A stretch of DNA of 64,000 bases from Candidatus Latescibacterota bacterium (GCA_965207885.1 OZ242311.1:1888001-1952000), one strand, 5' to 3'; counted from the first letter of the stretch, positions 1-9,268 are shown. The notes: a model not told the origin generated them from the sequence alone. A program made the numbers and translations.

Positions 1-679
1 GCCCGCCATCCAGACTGACCTTAATTTGAAACTTTTCATCAACCAAAAACTGCTTCATCTCGTCGGTCAACAGCGTGCCATTGGTCACAATGCCAAAACC
101 AACCTGCACCCCCAGCCGCGCGCCCTGGGATTTGGCAAATGGGACAAGCTCCTGCATCAATGGAAAATTCAGAAGCGGCTCTCCGCCAAAAAAATCGATC
201 TGGCACCGCTCAAACACCTGAGCCTCGGCGATGATCCAGCGTATCGCTTGCTCGGCAACGTCCGGTTGCATCAGCATTGCCTTACCGCCATAATCCCCGC
301 CATGGGCAAAGCAATACGCGCATTGGATATTGCACGTATGGGAAACGTGCAAAGACACCTGCAAACGATCTATCTGCGAAACCCCACAGGCTGCCACCCC
401 TTCTGTCGTCGGTACATCGGATACCACAGGTAGAGCACCATCCGAAATCAAACCCACCTGAGCCAATTCTTCGATAGCCTCGGTAATTTCCTCTGCCTCG
501 TATTGATCAGCCAGAACCTGAACAACCCGATCAACAGACAAGCCCTCACAGCACGCTAAAATTGACTGGAACAGGGTATCCAATTCAAAAAACAGACCTG
601 TCTCAACCTGATAGACAATCGGCTGTTTGCGCTCTTCAGTTTGAAAAAGATGCATGTCGCATTTTTTAATGCACAGCAT
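1..679 (-). CDS. Radical SAM peptide maturase with N-terminal RRE (PqqD-like) domain, CteB/PapB-like (probably SPASM); truncated by window edge
   Basis: Not in ORF track. Manual translation from ATG 679 (RBS GAGGAG): MLCIKKCDMHLFQTEERKQPIVYQVETGLFFELD...LHVSHTCNIQCAYCFAHGGDYGG...DFFGGEPLLNF...VTNGTLL...VSLDGG; open to position 1. Confidence 0.92.
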   Translation of the reverse strand, partial: MLCIKKCDMHLFQTEERKQPIVYQVETGLFFELDTLFQSILACCEGLSVDRVVQVLADQYEAEEITEAIEELAQVGLISDGALPVVSDVPTTEGVAACGVSQIDRLQVSLHVSHTCNIQCAYCFAHGGDYGGKAMLMQPDVAEQAIRWIIAEAQVFERCQIDFFGGEPLLNFPLMQELVPFAKSQGARLGVQVGFGIVTNGTLLTDEMKQFLVDEKFQIKVSLDGG

Positions 680-702
680 AGACGCACTCCTCAGAACCGA
701 AA

Positions 703-888
703 TCACTTATCCCGATCATCAGCCTGATCAAAATCGTCCCAATCGTCATCGTCATTGGGAAAGGGGAGGGGAGGAACAGCTGTCCAAGATGGACATCCAA
801 TTTCTAAACTCGTAGTTCGATATGTCCGAATATCCCCCTCTGTATCTATAGTTCCATTGACCAGGGTCAACTTGCGTCGCGTTGCCAT
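703..888 (-). CDS. Putative RiPP precursor peptide (61 aa)
   Basis: RBS AAGGAGG; 23 bp upstream of the RRE-rSAM gene; leader RKLTLVNG resembles the KHIKILNG-type RRE-binding leader; core GCPSWTAVPPLPFP; acidic tail. Confidence 0.8.
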   Translation of the reverse strand: MATRRKLTLVNGTIDTEGDIRTYRTTSLEIGCPSWTAVPPLPFPNDDDDWDDFDQADDRDK

Positions 889-930
889 GTTATCCTCCTT
901 GTAAGAATCTAAATACCATCTGCCCTATAC

Positions 931-946
931 TGCAAAATGTGTGCCA
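931..946 (-). promoter_or_regulatory. sigma54 (-24/-12) promoter
   Basis: Minus strand reads TGGCAC-ACATT-TTGCA, matching TGGCAC-N5-TTGCW, about 40 bp upstream of the precursor start. Confidence 0.9.
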
Positions 947-961
947 AAAATCGTTCTAAAA

Positions 962-993
962 CAAAAAAGCACTTGAAAAATTCTCAAGTGCTT
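962..993 (-). terminator. Intrinsic terminator downstream of the kinase-bEBP gene
   Basis: 10-bp stem AAGCACTTGA/TCAAGTGCTT followed by a T run on the minus strand. Confidence 0.65.
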
Positions 994-1056
994 AAAAAAA
1001 CAAGGAAATAAAATTTAAGAATTACGTGTGTTGCAAATACGACATTCAGGCATAAG

Positions 1057-1173
1057 TGTATATAACAGGATACACTTACAAACGTTTATTTAACTAAAAT
1101 ACTCATAACTATCTGATTTATATAAATATTTCTAACTGTAAATAATTAGATACACTGTATATATCAGGATACA
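1057..1173. promoter_or_regulatory. Three TGTA-N10-TACA palindromic boxes (candidate bEBP upstream activator sequences)
   Basis: 1057-1074 TGTATATAACAGGATACA; 1137-1154 TGTAAATAATTAGATACA; 1156-1173 TGTATATATCAGGATACA. Confidence 0.75.
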
Positions 1174-1184
1174 TATATTCAAGT

Positions 1185-4100
1185 CTATCTCAACCCCAGA
1201 CGATTAATCTTTTTATGCAGACCAACGCGCGTCATCCCCAATTCTCTGGCAGTATGCGTAATATTGTCCTCGCATTTCGCGAGCGCGTCTCGAATCAACC
1301 GTCTCTCATACTCCTGGACATGGTCTTGTAAACGCCCCTGGAATTCGACAGAGACATCTGGTACTGTATGCCCGATGGATTCTGAAAACAAATCGGGCGT
1401 AATATCACCCTCTTCTTCTGCCAATGCAACCGCACGCCGAATCTCATTCTCCAGCTCGCGCACATTGCCCGGCCAATTGTAATTTGTGAGTGCCCTGATA
1501 GCCCCCACTGTCAGCCCCCCAACCGACTTGTTGGCATCTTCTTTCGCCCGGGTGAGCAAATGTTTGGCCAATAACGGCACATCTTCAATATATTCCCGCA
1601 AAGGCGGCATATCGATCTGAATCACACGCAACCGGTAATACAAATCTTCGCGGAACGAGCCGTTTTCAACTTCTTTTTTTAAGTCTCGATTGGTCGCTGC
1701 AATAATGCGTACATCCACTGTGCGATCCACTGTTTCTCCAACACGCCGAATCTCCCCTTCCTGCAACACCCGCAACAAACTCCTTTGCAATTGCGGTGGG
1801 GCATCGGCGATTTCATCCAAAAAAACCGTCCCTCCATTGGCAGCCTCAAAAATCCCCTTATGATCTTCAGTCGCGCCAGTAAACGCCCCTTTTTTATGCC
1901 CAAACAACTCACTCTGCAACAACTCTGGTGAGAGTGTAGCACAATTTTGCGACAAAAACCGCTGGTCTTTGCGCGTACTATTGTAGTGTATGGCACGCGC
2001 AGCCAATTCTTTGCCCGTACCTGTTTCGCCTTGCACAAGCACGGAAACATCGCTCTTTGCAGCGCGTTCTATAAGTTGATAGATCGCCTGCATCGCATCG
2101 CTTTGTCCGAACATATCGCCAAGTTGATGCCGCCTTTCGACCTCTTGCTGCAAATATTGTGCTTTCTCTTCCAATTGTTCGTACATCCTCGCATTGACCA
2201 GCGCCATCCCCACCAGATTCGCAAATGCCTGCAAAAACGTCTGATCTGCTTCAGAAAATGCATTGCCAATGCCGCGATGATCCACATACAGAGCACCCAT
2301 CACACCCTCGTTCAGATGGAATACGGGCACAGACAATACAGATCGAATGTGGTAGTCTATCACGCTCTGGTAGCGATTGAGCCTTTCATCTATTTGGGCG
2401 TCCATACTCAAAACGGGTTCATTTGTTTCAATAACCCGACGAATAATACCCCGACTCAGTGCTTCTGCATCATCTGCTTCTACATTGTAGTAGCGCACGG
2501 CATCGACTGCAAAGCCTCGCGGAGTCTCATTTTTAATTGCAACAAGCACGCGCTCTGCTGAATAAACAGCCAACAAATTACCCAAAGTCCGGTCCAATAA
2601 TACTTTGACATCGCGTTCTGTGGTCAACTCCCGGCTCACATCGTAGAGCAAGCGCCAGCGATCAACAGATAAACTTTCAGAACTGGATGCGGCATTCTCG
2701 CCGCGAGAAGATTCACGCAATTGATTTAATAACACCCGTGTTTTCTCCAGAAAATAAGACATTTCCATTTCTTTAAACGCCTGTTTTGCCGCTTCGAGAT
2801 GTGCTTGCGCTTTTGGTACATCACCGCGCTGGAGATAAAACTCTCCAGCCATCAGCAATGCACGCGCCCAGTGATCGCCTTTGGACTCTCTTCGGCATTC
2901 AATCGCCTGCTCAAAAGCCTCTTCAGCCTCAGCTATCCGTCCTGCCTGAGCGAAAGCCGCACCAACACCGCAATACACCAGGGGCAATATGCCCGTGTAC
3001 ATACCCGATGTTTGCTGCGTACCTTCGCTGGCTCTTTCTGCCCATTCAAGTGCTTCTTCTGTATCTCCCATTCTCACAGCAGCCGTTGCTGCAATCGCAT
3101 AAGCGCGATAAATATAATCTTTGCGCGGTGTTTCCAAGAATCGCTCTGCTGAGGTCTCGACATATTCCAATGCCCCGGCAAAATCACCGCATTCCAGTGC
3201 CATTTCTCCCAGCCATAAAAAATTTACTGCCTCCCAGTACACAAACCCTCGCTTCTGCCACTCACCAATGACTTCATGGCAAACGGCTTCCGCACGATCA
3301 CGTTCACCCAGATAAAAATAAACTCTTTGAAGTAAATTGAGTACCCAAGTGCGCTGGTGCTCAAGTCCCTGTTGCTGAGATGTTTTTACAGTAGCTTCCA
3401 TACGTGCTTTGGCTGTCTTAAATTGAAATCCTATTAATGCAACCAAACCTTCTCGCCCCTGTATAAAAGCGTCCTTTTGTGGATCTTCCAGCACACGACG
3501 TTTCTCTATTTCCCGGCGCATATACGCAATCGCTTCCTCGTGCCGCCCAGACACATCGCACAAATAAGCCAAACTGCTTAATGCTTGAATTTCTCCGTCG
3601 AAATCACCGAGTTCCCGATAAAGCCGCAATGCCTCCAGCATATATTTTTCTGCTATTTCCCCATGTTGAAGTACGCTGTGAATACTACCTTCAGTCCACA
3701 AAATACGTGCCTTTAAATCATACCGATCATCGGGCAATAACGCCTTTGCCTCGTCTAAAAGTTTTAGTGCCCTATTGTGCTGACCACAATTGCGCAGCGC
3801 ATCTGCATAATCGCACAAAAATTCGACCGCATCTGCCTGTGATTTAAAAGCGTCATCCATCTGTTGCACAACTTCAAACCGTCTCAATGCCTGGCGATAA
3901 GCGTGTTTTGCCAATGCTTTTTTGCCCGATAGGCGCATATAATTCACAGCCTTATTTTGTTCTCCCGCCGCTACAAAATGATCTGCCAATGCTTCTGTCA
4001 ATTCTTCTGCATCTTCCGACTCTTCCAGAGCATTGCCAATTTCTCGATGTAACAGACGCCGCCGCACATCTTGCATGCGATCATAAATTGCCCGTCGATA

Positions 4101-5984
4101 CAAACCCTGTGAAAAACGATATCGCTCTTCATCGCCATAAGTAATTAACAGCCCTTCTGCAATCAGGTCTTCGAGCACATCCAACAACTCCAACTCATCA
4201 CCGAGCCAGATAGAAGCCAATAATTCCAAAGAAAAATCATTTAAAAAAACACACGCGTATTCCATTACCTGACGTTGCACCGCAGGAAGGGCAGTTATGC
4301 GCCTGTACAAAACCTCTGAAATATCATCGGACAACAAAGTTTCGGGAAATTCTCCCCACTGCCAATCGCCGTACACATTCTGCCAAACCACATCGGCATG
4401 CACCAGTGTCCTCACGGCCTCCACGACAAACAGGGGTTGCCCACCCGTTTCCCTGAACAGGGTTTGCAAGGCATCCGGCGGAATGGATCGCTCCCCCAAC
4501 ATCGACGCCGATAGATACCCCACCTCTTCTCGCGGTAGATCTTTCAACTGAATCCGGATCGCTTCAGAAAATTCATTGCTGTGTATAAAATTCTCAATTT
4601 CCTTTGGAATAGATTCCCTATTGGACCCTTGACAGGTCAGGCATAACAAAAATGGACACGGGTCTGGATCGCGCAACACATACTGCAAAAATTCCAGGGT
4701 CAATTCATCAAGCCATTGAATATCTTCCAAACACAACACAATGGGCTGTTTCTGCCGCAGGCGTTTTAATGACTGCAACCAGCGATCCATAACAGAAAAC
4801 TTGTCCGTCTCTAATGAATCGGGCACTCTCCCCACCAAATCCGTCGTCTTTACCCGCTGAAAAGCATCGATCAACGCACCGTATATTTGTCCACCCTCTT
4901 CCCGCCCTGCCCCTTTCAAACAAAGAAAATCGTGGATCAAAGCGTCACCCAATAATTCTTCAGCCAGTCTCGATTTGCCCACCCCTGCCTCACCCGAGAT
5001 CAAAACCACGCGCTGCTCGCCAGCTTGTACATCCCGCAACATCGCACGCAACGTCTTCATCTCGGATTCGCGCCCGACAAATTGCGGCCGCATCACTTTT
5101 CTATGCACATCGCGCTGCTCGTCATCCGGTAGCACAAACCCCGATGATGCCACACCATTTAACGCCTGCACCAGTTCTTCTGCCGACTGATAACGATCAA
5201 CAGGCTCCTTTGCCAGCAACTTCAGCACAATTTGTTGCGTCTGGGCCGGAACCTCGACATGGGCTTCAGCCATTGATGGCGGTGACTCTCGAATATGCTT
5301 CAAAATAACGGACACCGGGTTTTGTCCAGAAAAGGGCGGTGCGCCCGTGAGCATCTCATATAAAATCACGCCCAATGAATACAAATCTGACCGATGATCC
5401 ACCCATAACCCCTTACCCTGCTCTGGCGACATATACTCGGCGGTACCAATCGTCGCGCCCGTATGCGTAATGGAGGCACTATGCAGATGTCTAAATTTAG
5501 CCAACCCCAGATCCAGAATGGTAGTATCAATTCCCTCTTCAGTTTCCAAAACCATAATATTGGATGGCTTGAGATCGCGATGCACCGCACCCTGCGCGTG
5601 GACATAAGCCACCCCCTCGGCAATTTGTTGCATCAGAGCAAAAAAGGACGAAGCTCGGAATTGTCCCAACAATACGCGATCGGCTATTATTTTTTCCAAC
5701 GTCTTTCCGGGCAAATATTCCATCGTAAAATAGGGACGCTCCTCGGCAAAGCCCCAGGTGTATGTGCGCACCAGGCGCGGGTGCTCAAATCTGTTCAACA
5801 CCTGAAACTCTCTGTGAAAACGTCGATGCACAGACTTCTGATCCACCATCGTATTCAAAATTTTGAGCGCGCACTCCCGGTCTTGCTCCAGGTCTAACAC
5901 CCGATAAACTTCTCCCATGCCCCCGGTTCCCAGGTGCGCCTGGATTTGATACCTTTTGTCGAGAATGGTGTCGATTTTAAACAT
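1185..5984 (-). CDS. Ser/Thr kinase - AAA/STAND ATPase - TPR - GAF - sigma54 activator - Fis HTH fusion
   Basis: Kinase GTGGMG, ALK, HRDLKPSN, DLG, YMSPEQ; GEAGVGKS + LEDIQW; TPR-like helices; GAF (IRSVLSVP, GALYVD); GETGTGKE, GAFTGA, FLDEI, WPGNVREL; C-terminal HTH. Confidence 0.93.
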   Translation of the reverse strand: MFKIDTILDKRYQIQAHLGTGGMGEVYRVLDLEQDRECALKILNTMVDQKSVHRRFHREFQVLNRFEHPRLVRTYTWGFAEERPYFTMEYLPGKTLEKIIADRVLLGQFRASSFFALMQQIAEGVAYVHAQGAVHRDLKPSNIMVLETEEGIDTTILDLGLAKFRHLHSASITHTGATIGTAEYMSPEQGKGLWVDHRSDLYSLGVILYEMLTGAPPFSGQNPVSVILKHIRESPPSMAEAHVEVPAQTQQIVLKLLAKEPVDRYQSAEELVQALNGVASSGFVLPDDEQRDVHRKVMRPQFVGRESEMKTLRAMLRDVQAGEQRVVLISGEAGVGKSRLAEELLGDALIHDFLCLKGAGREEGGQIYGALIDAFQRVKTTDLVGRVPDSLETDKFSVMDRWLQSLKRLRQKQPIVLCLEDIQWLDELTLEFLQYVLRDPDPCPFLLCLTCQGSNRESIPKEIENFIHSNEFSEAIRIQLKDLPREEVGYLSASMLGERSIPPDALQTLFRETGGQPLFVVEAVRTLVHADVVWQNVYGDWQWGEFPETLLSDDISEVLYRRITALPAVQRQVMEYACVFLNDFSLELLASIWLGDELELLDVLEDLIAEGLLITYGDEERYRFSQGLYRRAIYDRMQDVRRRLLHREIGNALEESEDAEELTEALADHFVAAGEQNKAVNYMRLSGKKALAKHAYRQALRRFEVVQQMDDAFKSQADAVEFLCDYADALRNCGQHNRALKLLDEAKALLPDDRYDLKARILWTEGSIHSVLQHGEIAEKYMLEALRLYRELGDFDGEIQALSSLAYLCDVSGRHEEAIAYMRREIEKRRVLEDPQKDAFIQGREGLVALIGFQFKTAKARMEATVKTSQQQGLEHQRTWVLNLLQRVYFYLGERDRAEAVCHEVIGEWQKRGFVYWEAVNFLWLGEMALECGDFAGALEYVETSAERFLETPRKDYIYRAYAIAATAAVRMGDTEEALEWAERASEGTQQTSGMYTGILPLVYCGVGAAFAQAGRIAEAEEAFEQAIECRRESKGDHWARALLMAGEFYLQRGDVPKAQAHLEAAKQAFKEMEMSYFLEKTRVLLNQLRESSRGENAASSSESLSVDRWRLLYDVSRELTTERDVKVLLDRTLGNLLAVYSAERVLVAIKNETPRGFAVDAVRYYNVEADDAEALSRGIIRRVIETNEPVLSMDAQIDERLNRYQSVIDYHIRSVLSVPVFHLNEGVMGALYVDHRGIGNAFSEADQTFLQAFANLVGMALVNARMYEQLEEKAQYLQQEVERRHQLGDMFGQSDAMQAIYQLIERAAKSDVSVLVQGETGTGKELAARAIHYNSTRKDQRFLSQNCATLSPELLQSELFGHKKGAFTGATEDHKGIFEAANGGTVFLDEIADAPPQLQRSLLRVLQEGEIRRVGETVDRTVDVRIIAATNRDLKKEVENGSFREDLYYRLRVIQIDMPPLREYIEDVPLLAKHLLTRAKEDANKSVGGLTVGAIRALTNYNWPGNVRELENEIRRAVALAEEEGDITPDLFSESIGHTVPDVSVEFQGRLQDHVQEYERRLIRDALAKCEDNITHTARELGMTRVGLHKKINRLGLR

Positions 5985-6109
5985 GACCTCTTCTACTTTC
6001 TTCAGATCAACAGGTTCGACGATGTAACTACGGGGCAGTCATTCGCAACCCCGTTTCCAAAGTGATATTCGAATGGGCATAATATCAATTACTTAATTAA
6101 CAGTATATT

Positions 6110-6157
6110 ATAATAAGAGCGATATATCGTCCTAATATACAATATATCGCCCTTATT
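6110..6157. promoter_or_regulatory. Inverted repeat upstream of the kinase-bEBP gene
   Basis: AATAAGAGCGATATAT ... ATATATCGCCCTTATT in an AT-rich intergenic region. Confidence 0.35.
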
Positions 6158-6221
6158 AGAGAGAACAAGTCTATTTTTAATTAAAATAGCCGAACCGGTT
6201 ATCCAGCAATCATTATATTTT

Positions 6222-7226
6222 TCAATGCATCAAATTCATGATTTTTCCAACCTTTTTTGCGACACGGGGCGCAGTTAGCTCTGTTGTATTTTTCAGACCC
6301 ATCAAAAAACGGCGGGCAGAGTCATCAAACGACAGGCGATGCTGCGCAACATGTGTTTCCAGCATATCCAGATCGCGCAACACCTCGTCCTGTAGCGCAG
6401 GAAGGGGCATCATCCACAAACGCCTCAACAGCGTCTTCATAATCAAAATCGGGTCATGCGGATCTTGAGCCAAACGACTGTAAAAAGCCTCCAGGGGCAA
6501 TTCCCAATACAACTTCTGCACAATAAGCCCCAGATATTCCCGGTTCTTCCTGGCAATATCGCTCGCAGAAAAGCGATCAGACGCCGAACCTCTATCACCC
6601 TCATGCATGCGACATCGAAGCGTGGGTTGTTTGATAATCCCTATCTTAAACCCGGCGCGTATCATGCGAATCCACATATCGTAATCTTGCCCGCGAATCA
6701 AACGCTCGTCAAAACAGCCGACCCTGTCATAACACGACCGATGGGCAACCACAGTTGGACTACACAATTCAAACCGCCCGAACAAATACATCACCATATC
6801 GCCTATAGGCGGCATCCTCGCTTCAAAAGACCGCACGGGCACATCGCTTCTCTCTCCCTCTATAAATTCATAACCCGTATAGACAAACTTCAAATCCGGA
6901 TCTTCTGCAAACTGCGCCGCGTGCAACTCGAGCTTATTCGGCAACCCGATATCATCATCGTCCAAAATCCAAACATACTCCCCCGTCAAGTATTTCAGAC
7001 CCATATTCACAGCAGACGCCTTCCCACCATTTGCCTTTTCCATATAGCGAATCCGATCTCCAAACCGCCTGATCACCTCTGCCGTATCATCCGTAGAACC
7101 ATCGTTCACCACAATGAGTTCAAAACCCTGATACGTCTGTTTCAAAACGCTCTCAACAGCCTCCGCAACATAATTTGCGCGATTATATGTTGGGATAATC
7201 ACCGAAAATTTTGGATTTTGTGTCAA
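6222..7226 (-). CDS. Glycosyltransferase family 2
   Basis: SVIIPTYN, VVNDGSTD, LDDDD, QDYDMW; probable TTG start at 7226 after AAGAGG. Confidence 0.88.
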   Translation of the reverse strand: MTQNPKFSVIIPTYNRANYVAEAVESVLKQTYQGFELIVVNDGSTDDTAEVIRRFGDRIRYMEKANGGKASAVNMGLKYLTGEYVWILDDDDIGLPNKLELHAAQFAEDPDLKFVYTGYEFIEGERSDVPVRSFEARMPPIGDMVMYLFGRFELCSPTVVAHRSCYDRVGCFDERLIRGQDYDMWIRMIRAGFKIGIIKQPTLRCRMHEGDRGSASDRFSASDIARKNREYLGLIVQKLYWELPLEAFYSRLAQDPHDPILIMKTLLRRLWMMPLPALQDEVLRDLDMLETHVAQHRLSFDDSARRFLMGLKNTTELTAPRVAKKVGKIMNLMH

Positions 7227-7251
7227 ACTACACCTCTTGAGAAAATAGAAC

Positions 7252-7282
7252 AAAAAACCACGCCTGAAGGACGTGGTTTTTA
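7252..7282. terminator. Bidirectional intrinsic terminator
   Basis: AAAAACCACG-CCTGAAGGA-CGTGGTTTTT. Confidence 0.7.
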
Positions 7283-7314
7283 TTTCGTCTAAATATGATC
7301 TTTGGAGTTACTTC

Positions 7315-8274
7315 CTAACCGGCATCCATCACTTCCCTAACACCTGCAATAATATTATCTCGGTCAGGAAAAACGTGATCTTCTAATTGAGGCGTGTACG
7401 GGATGGGCACATGGAGAGCGCAGACGCGTTTGACAGACGCTTTCATCTTTGCAAAAGTCTCTGCATCTTCGGTCGCCACGGCGGCTATCTCGGCGGAGGC
7501 ACCCGCTGTGGGACCCGCCTCATCGGCAATGACCAGCCGCCCGGTCTTTTGCACAGACGCGCGAATAGCATCGCAATCGAGCGGAACCAATGTGCGTGGA
7601 TCCAGCACCTCGACGGAAACACCCTCTTTGTCCAGCACCTCCGCAGCCGCCAGCGCTTCGTGTACCAGCCAGGCCAGCGCGACAATCGTGACATCTGCAC
7701 CCTCGCGTTTAATATCCGCTTTGCCCAGAGGCAGGGCATAAGGCTCTTCGGGAACCTCGCCTGCAAAATCCATCAGGCGATTGGACTCAAAAGAAATAAC
7801 GGGATTATCATCCCGAATAACGGTCTTGAGAAGCCCCTTCATATCATAAGGCGTCGAAGGCAAAATCATCTTCAATCCCGCCAGATTCATAAACATCGAA
7901 TACGGACTCTGCGAGTGCTGCGCCGCAACCCTCCTGCCGCCACCGACCGACGTGCGGAAAGTAATCGGAAATTTCACCTGCCCCCCGAACATATAGTGAA
8001 TCTTGGCTGCCTGATTCACAATCTGGTCCATCGCCACAAAAGAAAACGTAACCATACTCCAGTTGATAATCGGACGGAAACCAGACCCCGCAGCGCCAAC
8101 AGCGATACCTGTAAGCGCACCTTCGGCAATGGGCGTAGCGCGCACGCGCTCAGACCCAAACTCTTTGACGAGCGCATCGGGCGCATCGGTTGACAGATGA
8201 AACGTCGTTGGATCGCGCCTCATTTCTTCTACAAGGGCTTCCATCCCGGCCTGTGCATAAGAGATTTTTCTCAT
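7315..8274 (-). CDS. 2-oxoacid/acetoin dehydrogenase E1 beta subunit
   Basis: TPIAE, DQIVNQAAK, AAQHSQ, DPRTLVPLD. Confidence 0.9.
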   Translation of the reverse strand: MRKISYAQAGMEALVEEMRRDPTTFHLSTDAPDALVKEFGSERVRATPIAEGALTGIAVGAAGSGFRPIINWSMVTFSFVAMDQIVNQAAKIHYMFGGQVKFPITFRTSVGGGRRVAAQHSQSPYSMFMNLAGLKMILPSTPYDMKGLLKTVIRDDNPVISFESNRLMDFAGEVPEEPYALPLGKADIKREGADVTIVALAWLVHEALAAAEVLDKEGVSVEVLDPRTLVPLDCDAIRASVQKTGRLVIADEAGPTAGASAEIAAVATEDAETFAKMKASVKRVCALHVPIPYTPQLEDHVFPDRDNIIAGVREVMDAG

Positions 8275-8289
8275 CGTATTATCCTCGAC

Positions 8290-9255
8290 TCACTCGGCAA
8301 AAACATCTTCGACAGCAGCTTCTAAATCTGGAAATGGACTCTCTTTGGAAAATTGGACCGCCTCCTCAATCTCCGCGAGAATTTCACCATCCATCTCTTG
8401 CCACGCCTCCTGGGTAATACAGTTCTGATCCATCAGACCCGCGACAAATCGCTCAATCGGATCTCTATTCTTCCATGCGCGGAGCTCGCTCTGCGGTCTT
8501 GGATCAGCTGCGCCAACCCTCTCCGTATGCCCCCGCCAGCGATAAGTCTTACACTCGATCAGCGAAGGACCCTCGCCCTTGCGCGCGCGGGCAACAGCCT
8601 CCTGAGCCGCGTCATAAACCGCCATCACATCATTCCCATCGACAACCACCCCCGGGATATCGTATCCCGCGGCACGCGCAGCAACATCGCTATGCGCCAG
8701 CGTACTCGCCGCCGGGGTGCTCGCCGCGTAAAGATTGTTCTCGCAAACATAGATCATAGGCAACTTCCACGCCGCAGCGATATTGATCGACTCGTGAAAC
8801 GGACCTGCATTTGACGCTCCATCGCCAAAAAACGAAACCGCAACGCGACCCTTGCCCTCGAGTTGCGCGGCCAGGCCAGCACCCGTAACAATCGGTATGC
8901 CACCTGCGACAATGCCATTAGCACCAAGCATCCCAATGCTAAAATCGGCAATATGCATCGACCCCCCTTTGCCCTTGCAATACCCCGTCTCCCGCCCATA
9001 AAGCTCAGCCATCATACGCTTCAAATCCGCGCCCTTGGCAATACAATGCCCGTGCCCCCGATGCGTACTGATAATCTGATCATCCGGATTGAGCGCGGCA
9101 CAGACACCCGTGGCAACGGCCTCCTCGCCGATATAGCAATGGACCACGCCGTAAATATCCCCCGCGCGATAATCATCAGACGCACGCTCTTCAAAGCGCC
9201 GGATCGTTTGCATAATCCGCAGCATCTCGAGTTGTTTCTCTTGTGTAAGAGCCAT
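8290..9255 (-). CDS. 2-oxoacid/acetoin dehydrogenase E1 alpha subunit
   Basis: STHRGHGH, GKGGSMH, ThDP motif GDGA...ENN, TYRWRGH; start MALTQ at 9255. Confidence 0.92.
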   Translation of the reverse strand: MALTQEKQLEMLRIMQTIRRFEERASDDYRAGDIYGVVHCYIGEEAVATGVCAALNPDDQIISTHRGHGHCIAKGADLKRMMAELYGRETGYCKGKGGSMHIADFSIGMLGANGIVAGGIPIVTGAGLAAQLEGKGRVAVSFFGDGASNAGPFHESINIAAAWKLPMIYVCENNLYAASTPAASTLAHSDVAARAAGYDIPGVVVDGNDVMAVYDAAQEAVARARKGEGPSLIECKTYRWRGHTERVGAADPRPQSELRAWKNRDPIERFVAGLMDQNCITQEAWQEMDGEILAEIEEAVQFSKESPFPDLEAAVEDVFAE

Positions 9256-9268
9256 AAGATAATCTCCA

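Noticed and set aside
26-477. Plus-strand ORFs 26-433 and 277-477
   Set aside because: Antisense shadows of the radical SAM gene
1-679. Anaerobic sulfatase maturase call (many sulfatases nearby)
   Set aside because: The N-terminal RRE-like extension and adjacent precursor favour a peptide maturase; not fully excluded because the C-terminus is outside the window
757-805. Resemblance of IGCP/Pro-rich core to fungal amatoxin or cyanobactin cores
   Set aside because: Too short to be significant; no MSDIN leader, AYD/FAGD recognition motif or matching enzymes in the window
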